Under the pieces are notes generated by a model that worked only from the letters and a program-made list of their open reading frames with translations, was not told where the DNA came from and did not search any database. From a virus (lineage: Duplodnaviria > Caudoviricetes): a stretch of 45,289 nt of DNA. Shown here in pieces: positions 9,501 through 19,147 of this stretch. Where the stretch lies: positions 1-45,289 of the IMG/VR virus record IMGVR_UViG_3300033434_000006. One strand, given 5' to 3'. The position numbers were made by a program, and so were the translations under genes. Each line of letters starts with the position of its first letter. The stretch's first letter is position 1.

Positions 9501-11786
9501 TTTTCCGTTACCACTTGCGGTTTTAGGCGTTCCTAATGAGCCTTGCTCACCTTCGCCCAGTTTAGTAGTAAGGTCTTTGTCTATATAGGTAGGTGGTTCT
9601 TCATTATTTATTTTTTCTTTTTGAATATTTCTATTACCTTTTTCAGATGCTCTGGAAGCTCTTTCTTTTTCAGATGCTCTGGCAATTTTTTCTTTGATTG
9701 ATTTGATTCCATTTAGGGCACTCTCCACTTCGTTAAAATGTTCCGTTGGAGGGACTTCACCGTATAAATCATCTCTGAAACCGTTTTTAAGTTGGTCAAT
9801 CGCGATTTCCCTTAGCTCAGATTTAGAAGGGCGTTTACCATAGGTTTTATAATATTCCCTGTACCATGTAGGATTATTGCTAATCGTAGGGTTAAACACA
9901 TAACCACTATCTGACGTTTCCGATGGTGTCATACTGCGTTTTTCAACGCCACCGTTTTCAAGTGATTTTTCTAAGAAATTAACGTGGTCATTGACAATTT
10001 CATCATACTGCGTTTTTATGTCATTTTCAATTTGGTTTATGTCCCAGCTATTTTCTTTCGCTTGATCGATAAATTCCTGTTCATGAGGTTCTATGGTTTC
10101 ACTAATAGTCTGGGGTTGATGGTCTAAAGTTGTCGTATCACTGTCAGGTGTAGCCTCTGGCTGGTTTTCTTCTTCTGGCAATGTACTTGTGTCGGTATCA
10201 TCTTTTTCTACGGTTATAGGCGATTTTTCAAGCCCGATTTTTTCACCATCTAACGCCCGGCCAAAACCTGCAATCTTGCTTTGCCAATAATCGGTGTTAA
10301 GGTCGGTATAGCCTACGCCATGACTTCCAGCGTGTAACATCTTACCGTCACCAGCGTAAATGCCAACGTGAGTGATTGACTTATAGCCAGTATCATCATC
10401 GTAAGTATTTTTGAAGAATACTAAGTCGCCAGGTTGAAGCTGGCTTGGATCATCAAAGGTTTTGCCTTGTTCTTCTAACCCTTGATACTGTAGGTCAGCG
10501 CGGCGAGTATTCAACTCTATGCCATTAGCCGCGTAAACGTCTTGGGTAAACTTGCCGCAATCGGTTGTATCTGTTCCATCGCCGCCAAGTTGATATGGTT
10601 TACCTAATTGTTGTTCGCCCGTGGCTATGATCTGATCGCCGCCTGCTGCGGTTGCTTCATTCCTTTTTCTCCATTCGCCAAATCCGCTTACTGCACTTTG
10701 GGTTGCTGGCGAATATACTGGCGGTGGCGGGTCCATTTCTCCCGGTGGTACAATTGTTGGGCGTTCCGCTTCTCCTGCTGTAGTTTCGTTTGTAGCAGAG
10801 TCGCCTGATTCGCCTTTGCCCTTTGTTTTAAAACCTTTTAAGCCACCGTAAGCACCAAATATAGGTACCGCGACATTAACCCCGCCCATGACTACATTAG
10901 CAATTGTAGCGGCTGGGTGTTCTGCTAGTTTTTGCTGAAAGTCCGGAGCGTTAACAGTATTAAGTAATGGGTCAAGCCATATACTTTTTACGCCTAACCC
11001 TAGCGATGCCACTGGTCCATAGCCTTGTTGTGTCGCTTCTTGCGCTCCTTTATACAGGCCTTCTCCCGCCTGCAACCCGAAGGCCGCTTCTGCTGCCAGC
11101 GAACCGCCAGCGGTAAATGGAGCCGCCGCCACACCAGCCGCCATTACACCGGGATAGATAGTTTCATTCCTAAAATTATAATTAGCTTTATCTACTAATC
11201 CCTGCGCAGTGTCAACATCTTCCTGACTATATCCAGGTTTAGGAACGTATTTGCCAGTTGCGGAGTCATACATAGCAACAGTGTTGAAGCGGTTTTCTTC
11301 CCTAGACATTTCTTGAAACCCTTGCACTGCACCAACGCCATAATTAGCGATACTGTTTCCGACATCGGCAACAACCTTTGCACCGCCCTGGGCTTCAGCT
11401 CTATTTGCATCGGCATATTCTTGGCTTACATTTTGTGTTCCCTCTTTTATGGCTGACAAAATAGGATGATCTTTTTTATATTTCCATGCGCGGAATCCAC
11501 TTACAAAGTCGCCAAACCCATCGACAAAACTTTGGTCAGGGCGCGGCTGCGGAGTAATTTCGTTTTCGATTGCATTGCCAACCGATTCAGCCGCATTACT
11601 TACGTTGTTATATAGTTGTTCATCGCTGGCATGTTTGACTTCTTGTGCCGCCTGGAACCCGCTAGAAACATCGTTGTAAAGTTCTTTCCCTTTGTTTTCG
11701 GCATAGTCAATTTCATTTCCAACCCAGTCCTTGACTTCTCCGGCCTTTTCCACCGCCCCGTCCCACATATCAGATAGGAAACTCAT
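6573..11786 (-). CDS. Large internal virion (ejection) protein: NlpC/P60 hydrolase, HExxH motif, LPD38-like C-terminus
   Basis: GKPYQLGG..DCGKFT..THVGIYAGDGKMLHA; AHEVGH; RIPKPFEPG. Position after the other ejection genes. Confidence 0.85.
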   Translation of the reverse strand: MSFLSDMWDGAVEKAGEVKDWVGNEIDYAENKGKELYNDVSSGFQAAQEVKHASDEQLYNNVSNAAESVGNAIENEITPQPRPDQSFVDGFGDFVSGFRAWKYKKDHPILSAIKEGTQNVSQEYADANRAEAQGGAKVVADVGNSIANYGVGAVQGFQEMSREENRFNTVAMYDSATGKYVPKPGYSQEDVDTAQGLVDKANYNFRNETIYPGVMAAGVAAAPFTAGGSLAAEAAFGLQAGEGLYKGAQEATQQGYGPVASLGLGVKSIWLDPLLNTVNAPDFQQKLAEHPAATIANVVMGGVNVAVPIFGAYGGLKGFKTKGKGESGDSATNETTAGEAERPTIVPPGEMDPPPPVYSPATQSAVSGFGEWRKRNEATAAGGDQIIATGEQQLGKPYQLGGDGTDTTDCGKFTQDVYAANGIELNTRRADLQYQGLEEQGKTFDDPSQLQPGDLVFFKNTYDDDTGYKSITHVGIYAGDGKMLHAGSHGVGYTDLNTDYWQSKIAGFGRALDGEKIGLEKSPITVEKDDTDTSTLPEEENQPEATPDSDTTTLDHQPQTISETIEPHEQEFIDQAKENSWDINQIENDIKTQYDEIVNDHVNFLEKSLENGGVEKRSMTPSETSDSGYVFNPTISNNPTWYREYYKTYGKRPSKSELREIAIDQLKNGFRDDLYGEVPPTEHFNEVESALNGIKSIKEKIARASEKERASRASEKGNRNIQKEKINNEEPPTYIDKDLTTKLGEGEQGSLGTPKTASGNGKVTPITRAEINKAVDDLVASRTGKIGNKNYAGVFKVDKDVIRSANFGDFDTIAHEVGHYLDKQLKITGHDSELITAADRIWGRNKLYKKYTPDQRRAEGIAEFSRQYLTDQQKAKQNFPGYYNDFTAALAKDGKLSKKVGSIGDKMQRWFNQSAEARGRGSVTFGNDKSSFETIKDTARNAAYKAYETFFDDKSELSRLTDAIQKQIGHDLEFEKNPYKRARMAQTSALARAEMLVSDDNPGLVRDTLNKLYHGKLQYDVTMKDIFDFLGDSRLQEKYPDYLERGNFKSWQQAYSTLLAARRQIELQALEPEYKGPLTKTDAAEIMKNAPKELQDLAQKFYQYNDNLLAIAQDGGLISQGTINTLRDKYSNYAPMMRDFDDEAAMTDAFSSNGKKIGNVSNPLKKLTEEGSTRSVIDPIESTIKNTFILLDAVERNKVAQTFVDLEKNSGIGRFIEKVPGETADAKKSIFTVMVDGKKQAYQTTPEFYRAIMSMNQASSNMLISFLKPFAQALRVGATISPDFVVRNLIRDTLTAGIYSETGFKPVLDSAKGVYSLIKDKPLSYEFKASGAPLSAFVGLDRKGVSRLINEMGEGSKWRKVNPLTYVRAAYDGLREVSEYGESGTRIREFERARQQGKSIDEAGLLAKDVTLDFSRSGTLTKQINQVVPFFNAALQGGDRFVRSLKDNPKRTIPLAMMYITLPSVVTWVMNHDKDWYKELSDDIKNGCWLFESNGTIIRIPKPFEPGIFFGSAIERALDKAYGEDPDAVKKWASYAAQGFAPNVIPTLVGPILEWMTNYSFFTNKSVVGRKEQRLPDEYQFNDYTSEAAKKLGKTTGLSPEKIDNTINGYLGSAGKFFVGLGDTFIGDKKEMPAKTTAELPGIRGLTYTEFKNPNSVNEFYEKLDEAEKNHAATGKKGIVPADLKKLRKVEQKMKELQKANLDITSNKELTAEQKRQKIDANKSQILQLAKNVLGKN

Positions 11787-11788
11787 AA

Positions 11789-13294
11789 TTAACCACCAGC
11801 CTTTTGTATGCCCTCGGTCATATACGCCTTGACTTCTTCATCGGTAGCATCGGGAAACTTAGCTTTAATTGCCCTGTAAGTTTGGTCATACCAAACGGCG
11901 TTAGGGTCTTGCGGCGTTTCTTGCTGGGCATGTTGGCTGGATTGACTTCCTCCACCTACTATTGATAAGTAATTGTTTAACCGAGCCTTTATTAAACTAT
12001 AGGAATTCCATTTTGCATCAGTAAAACTTCCAGGGTCGGCATTATATTCGTTTTCTAGTTCTTGTAATTTTAACGTATCATTTGTTAATTGTGATTTACC
12101 GTAAGAATGTGCCCACGTTTCTCCCTGAGAAGCGTTCCCCTTTGCAAGTCTGTCAGCAATTCTTTTCTTACCATCTATAAAACTTTGACCTCTTACCCGG
12201 TCAGATGCTTGCAATGTAGAATTGTCTAAAATACCTTGCATTGTAGACACACTATCTTGATTTTTTAATAATTGTTCTAAGGTACTTTCATAATTAGCTT
12301 TATTAGCTTCGGTTTTAGCTTTGTTTTGATCGCTATAGGCTAATCGCAAATTTGATTGAAATTTTGATAACGATGGATTATTTGCATAAGTAGAATTTAA
12401 TTCTTTCATTGCTCCTAACTCATCATTAGGGTACCTGGACAATAAATCATTATTAATTTGAATCGAATCATAGGCCGCTAGTTTAGGGGCTAAAGCGGTG
12501 TTAAGTTTAGTGTTATCGTCAGGACTTAACTTATCAGCATATCGTTCCTGATATTGTCTTGCTAGCTGTGGGTTTGTATTAGCTAGGCTCATAACCGCAC
12601 TACTAATCATTGCATAATTATTTTTCATTACATTTGCATCAATTGCGTTTTGTGGTAACCCTTGTTGTTTGCCATTGGCCCTGACTTGGGACATACTATC
12701 CAAGATGGCCTGGTCTGCCGAATCATTATTACCTGCTACCGTTGCTTGCTGAAACGAGTTAGAAGTAGCCGCAAGATTTCCCGCATAGGCTTGTTGGCTG
12801 GCAATCTGCATCTGCTCGCTTTGACGTTTCATTGCATCAGTTCTGAGTGTATTAAAGTGAGTATCTATAATAGGCGCTACGGCTAATTTAACATGGTCAG
12901 GAATACTGGCATCATTCATAATCCCCTGCTGTATTTTAGTTAGCCCAGCCTCTGTTTGCCCTACAGCGCCGGGAATATCTTTGCCGCTAGAATCTTTACT
13001 AGGGATTGCGTTAATGCCTTTTAAGGTTGCAGGGCCATTATCGCCATAATAGAACGTATTTGCTTGATTGGTGGCATTAGCAATAACATTTTGGGCTATT
13101 ATTTTATTTTGTGCTACCATTTGCTCCGTTTGTTCGTTGTGCTGTTCTTTGCCATACCCTTGTAAAGCATTAGCAAAACCTTGCGCCGCTTGATCTACGC
13201 CACCTAAACCATATTCACGTATATCGGTTTGGTTTTGGTAGTTGTTCGGACTTTGAAAAGCTACGTTCTGTCGTTCGTATGTAGGTACTTTCAT
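11789..13294 (-). CDS. Internal virion (ejection) protein
   Basis: 501 aa, helical and Q/A/N-rich, MKVPTYERQ start, syntenic position. Confidence 0.65.
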   Translation of the reverse strand: MKVPTYERQNVAFQSPNNYQNQTDIREYGLGGVDQAAQGFANALQGYGKEQHNEQTEQMVAQNKIIAQNVIANATNQANTFYYGDNGPATLKGINAIPSKDSSGKDIPGAVGQTEAGLTKIQQGIMNDASIPDHVKLAVAPIIDTHFNTLRTDAMKRQSEQMQIASQQAYAGNLAATSNSFQQATVAGNNDSADQAILDSMSQVRANGKQQGLPQNAIDANVMKNNYAMISSAVMSLANTNPQLARQYQERYADKLSPDDNTKLNTALAPKLAAYDSIQINNDLLSRYPNDELGAMKELNSTYANNPSLSKFQSNLRLAYSDQNKAKTEANKANYESTLEQLLKNQDSVSTMQGILDNSTLQASDRVRGQSFIDGKKRIADRLAKGNASQGETWAHSYGKSQLTNDTLKLQELENEYNADPGSFTDAKWNSYSLIKARLNNYLSIVGGGSQSSQHAQQETPQDPNAVWYDQTYRAIKAKFPDATDEEVKAYMTEGIQKAGG

Positions 13295-13830
13295 TATTTA
13301 GCACCCCACATATAATTCCAGAATGAACTTTTACCGCCAGCCGTAGTATATTTGCTATAGTCGCTATTTAGCGAAGTAGCCCCGGTCAATAGTGTTGTCC
13401 CGGCATTTATATACCCGGCAGTCTTAGCGTTTTTGGCAGCAGCATCATAGGAAGAAGCTTGATTATTGAAGTCCTGTGCCTGGGTTTCATACGCCCATGA
13501 CTGATTTGCCGCCTCATGCCGGACGTTGAGCGCATCCATTAAATTGCTATAGTCGGTGGATTGTGCCACCTGCTGAGCGGAGCCAGAATTGGTATCAATA
13601 TTTGCCGCGCTGTAATCTGCCGTTTGTGTGCCAATAATCTGCTTACCCTTTTGCCGAATCGCCGCTTCTTGGTATGCGCCAGACTTAGCAACATTCGCCG
13701 CCTGATCTTGCGCCCTGAGTGCATTGTTACGTGCTATCTGTGCCTGCTGACTATATGCTTTTGACTGAGCGTTGGCCTGTGACACGCTCATTGCTGAACT
13801 TACCGCCGTTGCTAAGACTTCATAGCACAA
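13294..13830 (-). CDS. Internal virion protein (T7 gp14-like)
   Basis: TTG start MCYEVL after AGGAGG; Ala/Gln-rich; IIGTQTADYSAANID..SGS motif. Confidence 0.75.
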   Translation of the reverse strand: MCYEVLATAVSSAMSVSQANAQSKAYSQQAQIARNNALRAQDQAANVAKSGAYQEAAIRQKGKQIIGTQTADYSAANIDTNSGSAQQVAQSTDYSNLMDALNVRHEAANQSWAYETQAQDFNNQASSYDAAAKNAKTAGYINAGTTLLTGATSLNSDYSKYTTAGGKSSFWNYMWGAK

Positions 13831-14246
13831 ATCTTCCACCTCCTAATAGGAACATTGTTAAAATAATTTACCTCGCTGATTGTACCGCCTAGCCACTTAA
13901 CCCAATCTAAAATAAATTTATTATCAACTAATGTATAGTTTTGAATAAAACCATATTTTTCAATAAAACGATTAGTCCATATCTTGGATTCTTTGAAAAA
14001 ACTAATTGGCAAGTGGCCAAAATCGTTAGTAAATATCATCCAAAGCGTGTGCGGCAGGCCAATACCAAACACGCAATAAATTTTGTTATCATGCTCAAAA
14101 AAATGGCTCTCTGTGGCTCTGTTAAACTGGTTTTTCAAGGCTTGTCTACCACTTATATCCAAAATAGCTTTTGCCTCGTTAGAATCAATATCTCGCATTC
14201 TAGCGGCAACATACTCTATTTCCTGTAATGTTGCTGTTTTAACCAT
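13812..14246 (-). CDS. GNAT-like protein (T7 gp13/DUF2833-like)
   Basis: MRDIDSNEA..., NY...N...WVKWLG pattern. Lies between the nozzle and gp14-like genes. Confidence 0.7.
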   Translation of the reverse strand: MVKTATLQEIEYVAARMRDIDSNEAKAILDISGRQALKNQFNRATESHFFEHDNKIYCVFGIGLPHTLWMIFTNDFGHLPISFFKESKIWTNRFIEKYGFIQNYTLVDNKFILDWVKWLGGTISEVNYFNNVPIRRWKICAMKS

Positions 14247-17046
14247 TCAAACTCACCTCCGAAGTGATGCTTTGGATGGTCACAGGGACAGGGTCGGTCA
14301 CTCTTATGCACACCCTGCCGGTATTTGTGGCACCAGACCGGAAATTACAATCAAGGTCATCCGTGTATAGCGGAATGGCCGTGTCATATTTCTTCGGTGT
14401 CATTTTGATTTCTTTCATATCGGTAAAAGTAGGACCTAAATAAAAAGCCCTAGAGTTCTCAACTCTAAGGTTTACTTTTGTTATTTGTTTTTTACGGGTT
14501 TGTACTGTGCCGTCCTGCGATTGGAAATCTATATCCAGCGTTTCCAGGTCGCAGGTATACGGCAATCCAACGGTCACAGTAGAGGCCGTATGGTCAAGAG
14601 TAATAGCGCCATCGGTTACGGTTGCAGTTGATACTACGTTGCCATCTGCCAGGATTGATACCGTCTTTCCTTCTAAATAATCAAGACCCTCCCATGTAGC
14701 TTTTGCCGTTGTTTCTGTTGCCGTAAGTCCGCAATCAACAAAGAACTGATCTGCCGGGTCGTAGGTGACAACGGTTTCGCCAGCATCATTGGTAGTTTCG
14801 GTTGCCGTGGTAACACGTGGTTGCATCACCTCTACGGTGCGGACAGTTGAGCCGTTGATTGTCCGCTTAACAATGCACCATACTTGGTCAGTGGTAGTGG
14901 TCGGTATCACGCAAACGCTTTCAAATTTCCCATCGGTAACATGCCGGTGCCAGCCACATATATTTTGCTCACGATTATAGGTAAGTCCTAATAAATCACC
15001 GTCAGAGCCGATGCACCAGACGATGGAATACGGATACTGAGCGTAGGCCCAACCTGATACTGTTCTAGCACGGAATAAATGCTCGGCAAACAAGGTTAAA
15101 TCTTGCGCTACATAGGATTCAGAGTTAATATCAAAGCCCATATCACGCACTATATGGCCCTTAGAGCCGACAAATAAAATTCTATTGCCAACCATTACCG
15201 GGACTAAATCAGTCGCGCCATAATAACCTTCGGCTGAAGCGGCAACACTAGTAGGTGTTAGTATACTCGACGAATCGCCAGCACCTACAAGCCAGTAAGC
15301 ACCCTCAGTCATGCCGATAATTTTAGAGGATAGAGCCTTTAGCGACTTGATCGCATTGACCTTATCGCTTACCAGCGGCGCGGTTACTGCATCGTCATCC
15401 TCGGTAGTGAATGAAGTATTGAAGTTGGTATAGTCGCCAGACTTAGACGTCCATACTGTCTGTGGTTCAGCAGTTGTGCCACCAAAGCATAGTCTATTTT
15501 GGAAGAATATTATCCCGCTAGGCCATCCTCTAATAGACGACCAAGCGCCTAAATACCAGTAGGTTGTAGAATCGGTTGAACCTATCGCCTGGGTGACGGT
15601 TGCTGTGGCTACGGTGGTGCTTGAAACGGCAGTTATTTTGCATATTCCATAATTAGTATATGGTTCCCACTGTAGGTCGTAGCGGCAAGTGCCGGAAGTG
15701 TAGTCGTACATCCGCAATCGCAATTCGCATTGTTCATCATCTTCGCTGCCGCTGTCTGCTATATTATCGGTAGCACAGGAGTATTGCCGCAATTTCTTCC
15801 ATGTTGTGCCACCATCAGTTGACTTTTCCAGCCATAACACGCCTGTCCATGTGCCGTGAGTGGTGACCATCCATGTTCCCATCCCTGCGCATGAATCAGA
15901 ATATCCAGCAGCGGCATTGGAAGTTGATACTGTTTTAGTTGTGCCATTGCCAGTGCCAGCTAATGTTACATTAAAAGTACCTCCGGTAGTATCTGTGACT
16001 TTTGCGTAAGCAGTTATCTTCCGTTGGGCCGCAGTAACAGAAACCGTAGCAGTATATGTGCCAGTTGCTGTCTCCGTTAAGAGTGCGGTATATGTAGCCG
16101 AGCCACCTACCGAATAATATAGGGTTATCGTTGAACCAGAAATCGTTCCTGTGATCGTCAATGTAAATGTAGCCGTAAATGCCTCGTACCCATAATCCTC
16201 AGCATCATTATAATAAAATCCGCTTAGGCTCAGCGAACTAGTCTGAACGTCTGAATATCCGCTATCACTCGTAAACGTACTAGAAACGCATTGCGCCTCT
16301 ACGTCTTGTTCAAGTTTAAAATATGTACCAACGTGCCCGGAATAAAATAAATCAGCGGTTGATGTAAGCGTAATTGTGCCATCCTTATATAAATCGCCGG
16401 AGGGAGAAACATAGAGAGTAGTATCAGTATTCATTGGTGCGAATGGCCCGTTAGTATTAGCAAAATCAGCAAATGCCCATGAAGTATCTCCCGATCTGGT
16501 CAGTGTCTTAGGCTTGTAACTGCCGTTGGTGAAATACATAACATCAGCCGATTGCGTGAATTGTAGCGAGGACAAATCATCTGCTGAATATGGACTAACA
16601 ATCTCATATATTGCTGACTGTGTCCAATATGTAGTATTGGTTGGCAATATATCGCTAGAGGCCGTATGCGCCGTTATGCACCGATATATCAGGCTACTAT
16701 AGGTAACATAGTCACCAACGGCATAGGCCGTAGCAGTAACCCAATCGTCTGCACTGGACACGGATAATTGGCCGCCGTTACGATAGAATCTAACGTAATA
16801 GTCACCAAACTCAAGCATATAGGCAATTGACTCGCTAAACACGAACGGTATTCCCCTGGCAATGGTGCTACTGTCCTTCGTTGATGCTATATATTTTAGG
16901 CCGGGGCGATTTACCGCTGCGCCTTGTGGTGTCGGAATAAAGTTCGTCATCGTCTTTAGCGATTTGGCATACTGCTGGGTATCCTGCCGGGAATCGCATG
17001 TGCCGCTAATTTCGCCGCCGTTGAAGTTATTTTGGATTATGTACAT
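14239..17046 (-). CDS. Tail tubular protein B (nozzle)
   Basis: QNNFNGGEIS, RPGLKY, FTQSADV, FFQNRLCFGG, GWHRH and VGLPYT motifs. Confidence 0.9.
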   Translation of the reverse strand: MYIIQNNFNGGEISGTCDSRQDTQQYAKSLKTMTNFIPTPQGAAVNRPGLKYIASTKDSSTIARGIPFVFSESIAYMLEFGDYYVRFYRNGGQLSVSSADDWVTATAYAVGDYVTYSSLIYRCITAHTASSDILPTNTTYWTQSAIYEIVSPYSADDLSSLQFTQSADVMYFTNGSYKPKTLTRSGDTSWAFADFANTNGPFAPMNTDTTLYVSPSGDLYKDGTITLTSTADLFYSGHVGTYFKLEQDVEAQCVSSTFTSDSGYSDVQTSSLSLSGFYYNDAEDYGYEAFTATFTLTITGTISGSTITLYYSVGGSATYTALLTETATGTYTATVSVTAAQRKITAYAKVTDTTGGTFNVTLAGTGNGTTKTVSTSNAAAGYSDSCAGMGTWMVTTHGTWTGVLWLEKSTDGGTTWKKLRQYSCATDNIADSGSEDDEQCELRLRMYDYTSGTCRYDLQWEPYTNYGICKITAVSSTTVATATVTQAIGSTDSTTYWYLGAWSSIRGWPSGIIFFQNRLCFGGTTAEPQTVWTSKSGDYTNFNTSFTTEDDDAVTAPLVSDKVNAIKSLKALSSKIIGMTEGAYWLVGAGDSSSILTPTSVAASAEGYYGATDLVPVMVGNRILFVGSKGHIVRDMGFDINSESYVAQDLTLFAEHLFRARTVSGWAYAQYPYSIVWCIGSDGDLLGLTYNREQNICGWHRHVTDGKFESVCVIPTTTTDQVWCIVKRTINGSTVRTVEVMQPRVTTATETTNDAGETVVTYDPADQFFVDCGLTATETTAKATWEGLDYLEGKTVSILADGNVVSTATVTDGAITLDHTASTVTVGLPYTCDLETLDIDFQSQDGTVQTRKKQITKVNLRVENSRAFYLGPTFTDMKEIKMTPKKYDTAIPLYTDDLDCNFRSGATNTGRVCIRVTDPVPVTIQSITSEVSLNG

Positions 17047-17047
17047 G

Positions 17048-17647
17048 CTACCACCTCGGAGTAAAGTTTCTGAGTCTATTCCTCATTGGTGCGCCCTCGA
17101 TTGCGTGTGACAGCATAGCCTTACTTATTGCTTCTTGGTACAATGATTCCGCTATTTTAATACTGTTTGAACCGACACCCAATGGCATGGCTATTTCAAC
17201 CGCCAGTTTATTCGCAAAAACCGGAACGAACAGCGCATCAAACATTGTTGGGTCGGTTATCTTAATCGTGCATCTTGCGTATGCGTTTGGTATATTCGAA
17301 CAGACAAACTTCTGTGAGCCTGTACTGATGATTTCATGGTCATTGAACTCACTATAATATTGACCTTTGGCAAAGACATTTCTAATTGCCAGTGCATTGG
17401 CCGGATATGTATAAATAAAACCCCAAAGAGTGGCCTCAGCAATGTCGCTAGAATCATCGTCGGCCCTGGTCAGCGAATAGGTTTTGCTGGCAAAATTCCA
17501 AGGGAATTGCCTAAGTAAACTTTCTAAAACAACATCGTAATATAAAGAACAATTTTCAGCCTCGTTGCTATCTTCATCAATCGCCGTGATCGTATTTTGA
17601 GTTAGTTTGGTCAGAGCCATATTGCAAATCTGAATTTTAGAGGACAT
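17048..17647 (-). CDS. Tail tubular protein A (adaptor)
   Basis: IQICNMAL..., PWNFA, YTYPANAL and FDALF motifs. Confidence 0.88.
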   Translation of the reverse strand: MSSKIQICNMALTKLTQNTITAIDEDSNEAENCSLYYDVVLESLLRQFPWNFASKTYSLTRADDDSSDIAEATLWGFIYTYPANALAIRNVFAKGQYYSEFNDHEIISTGSQKFVCSNIPNAYARCTIKITDPTMFDALFVPVFANKLAVEIAMPLGVGSNSIKIAESLYQEAISKAMLSHAIEGAPMRNRLRNFTPRW

Positions 17648-17661
17648 TTACACCCCTCCTA

Positions 17662-17690
17662 CAAAAGAAATAGGGCGGTTTTACCCGCCC
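17662..17690 (-). terminator. Intrinsic terminator after the capsid genes
   Basis: gggcgg-gtaaaa-ccgccc-tatttctttt on the minus strand. Confidence 0.7.
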
Positions 17691-17697
17691 CACATTA

Positions 17698-18090
17698 TCA
17701 AACTGTGACAACAACGCCGCATTGCAGAAATGCGCTAACAGTCCCGGCTGTCATGGTACCAACCACCGTATAATATAACCGATTGTATTGTAGTTGGCCT
17801 AACGGGAACGGAACTTTAACTAGAATGGTATTAGCCGTTAAACTAGCTAAAGCGATTGCGCCGGAATCGAACAACGTAGTATAGGTTGTAAATGCACTTG
17901 ATGTTGATGTCTGCCAACTAATCTCTAGTGAAGTGCCGCCTACAAAAGCTGTACCTACTTCTACGATCAAATAAATACCACTGTCGATGGCATCACCGGC
18001 AGCTAGTCCATCCAAATAATAAGTAGAGGCCGCACTTGTCGTAACGGCCTGGTCATCCGAAAACCTTGTATTATAGTCGATAAAAGCCAA
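17698..18090 (-). CDS. Capsid cement protein (Bbp16-like)
   Basis: FSDDQAVT..AAST, YNRLYYTV.GTMTAGTVSAFL; follows the major capsid gene. Confidence 0.85.
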   Translation of the reverse strand: MAFIDYNTRFSDDQAVTTSAASTYYLDGLAAGDAIDSGIYLIVEVGTAFVGGTSLEISWQTSTSSAFTTYTTLFDSGAIALASLTANTILVKVPFPLGQLQYNRLYYTVVGTMTAGTVSAFLQCGVVVTV

Positions 18091-18102
18091 TGTAATCCCT
18101 CC

Positions 18103-19134
18103 TTAATCCAGTATCGCTTCGGTAAGCGACATTTTGTCTACCCGGCGAATTGGAACACCCATAAAGCTAAGTGTCGGGCGGGTTATCCCCTGACCATTAG
18201 TGATGTTCTCAAGAGTCAGCCAAGTGTTAGATTTATTCATTAGTTGCACCCGGAGATATGATCTTACTTTTTTGTGGCAATAAAAAGCCCACCGTACGTT
18301 ACCCGATGACGGTGGGATGTCTAATGCCAATGACATATATTTCATTAGGTTAGCCGAATTGTCTGTAGCATCTCCGGCTTGTTGCAGTTTTGTAAAATCA
18401 ATATTAGCGATACGAACAACATACCGCCAATCTTCTATAGCCAAACCGCACTGCCATTCAAAATATGTTCTGTACCCTTCGAACTGTCCTCCAGTTGTAG
18501 GGGAAATTGTTACTTGACCACGATCATCCATTTTTAACCCAGCCACTGAACCTTTTGGATAAATACCGTAAACCGTATTTGGTGACCATCCAACAAGGTA
18601 AATCGACGTTTGAACGTCCGCGTTAGTACCTTCAGCATCAATGACGTTTTCATAGGTAGTACCGCCAGTTGAAGAAGTAAGACCATAGTACCGCGCCGAC
18701 AAACCATTAAATTTAGCCTTATCGGTTGCGTAATCACCATCGACTAATGTGCTTGCCAAGTCTTGGTTAAACCCTTCGATAATTGGTGTCGCTTGTTTTA
18801 GTTTATAGTCTGAGGTGTTGCCGTTTAGGTCGGCTAATGCCTTGTCAACCTCGGAATAGTTAGCCATCATGCCGCAGACTTCTTCAATCTGCCCAGTGGT
18901 TGACACACTGGGATAAATCCCTTGGTTAAATTGCCGCCACGTAGGAGCCGGGATATTCTCGCGTAGCGAGAGTTTATGTGAGGCTGTTGAATTACATACC
19001 TGCCACGGAATGTCATCTAAAATTTCATTTTTTTCATTTAATACTTCGCCCACGGCAGCTAATTTCCCATTGTTATCCAATCCTTTTGAAATTGTATATA
19101 GTGTAGGCCAGTAATTAGGTTGTGCAGTTGCCAA
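18103..19134 (-). CDS. Major capsid protein (BPP-1/epsilon15-like)
   Basis: NEILDDIPW, SEVDKALAD, GIYPKGS.AGL, DWRYVVRIANID and FMGVPIRRVD motifs. Confidence 0.92.
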   Translation of the reverse strand: MATAQPNYWPTLYTISKGLDNNGKLAAVGEVLNEKNEILDDIPWQVCNSTASHKLSLRENIPAPTWRQFNQGIYPSVSTTGQIEEVCGMMANYSEVDKALADLNGNTSDYKLKQATPIIEGFNQDLASTLVDGDYATDKAKFNGLSARYYGLTSSTGGTTYENVIDAEGTNADVQTSIYLVGWSPNTVYGIYPKGSVAGLKMDDRGQVTISPTTGGQFEGYRTYFEWQCGLAIEDWRYVVRIANIDFTKLQQAGDATDNSANLMKYMSLALDIPPSSGNVRWAFYCHKKVRSYLRVQLMNKSNTWLTLENITNGQGITRPTLSFMGVPIRRVDKMSLTEAILD

Positions 19135-19147
19135 TTAAATCATCTCC

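Noticed and set aside
9639-9682. 17-bp duplication in the ejection protein gene
   Set aside because: In-frame RASEK linker duplication with no sign of a separate function.
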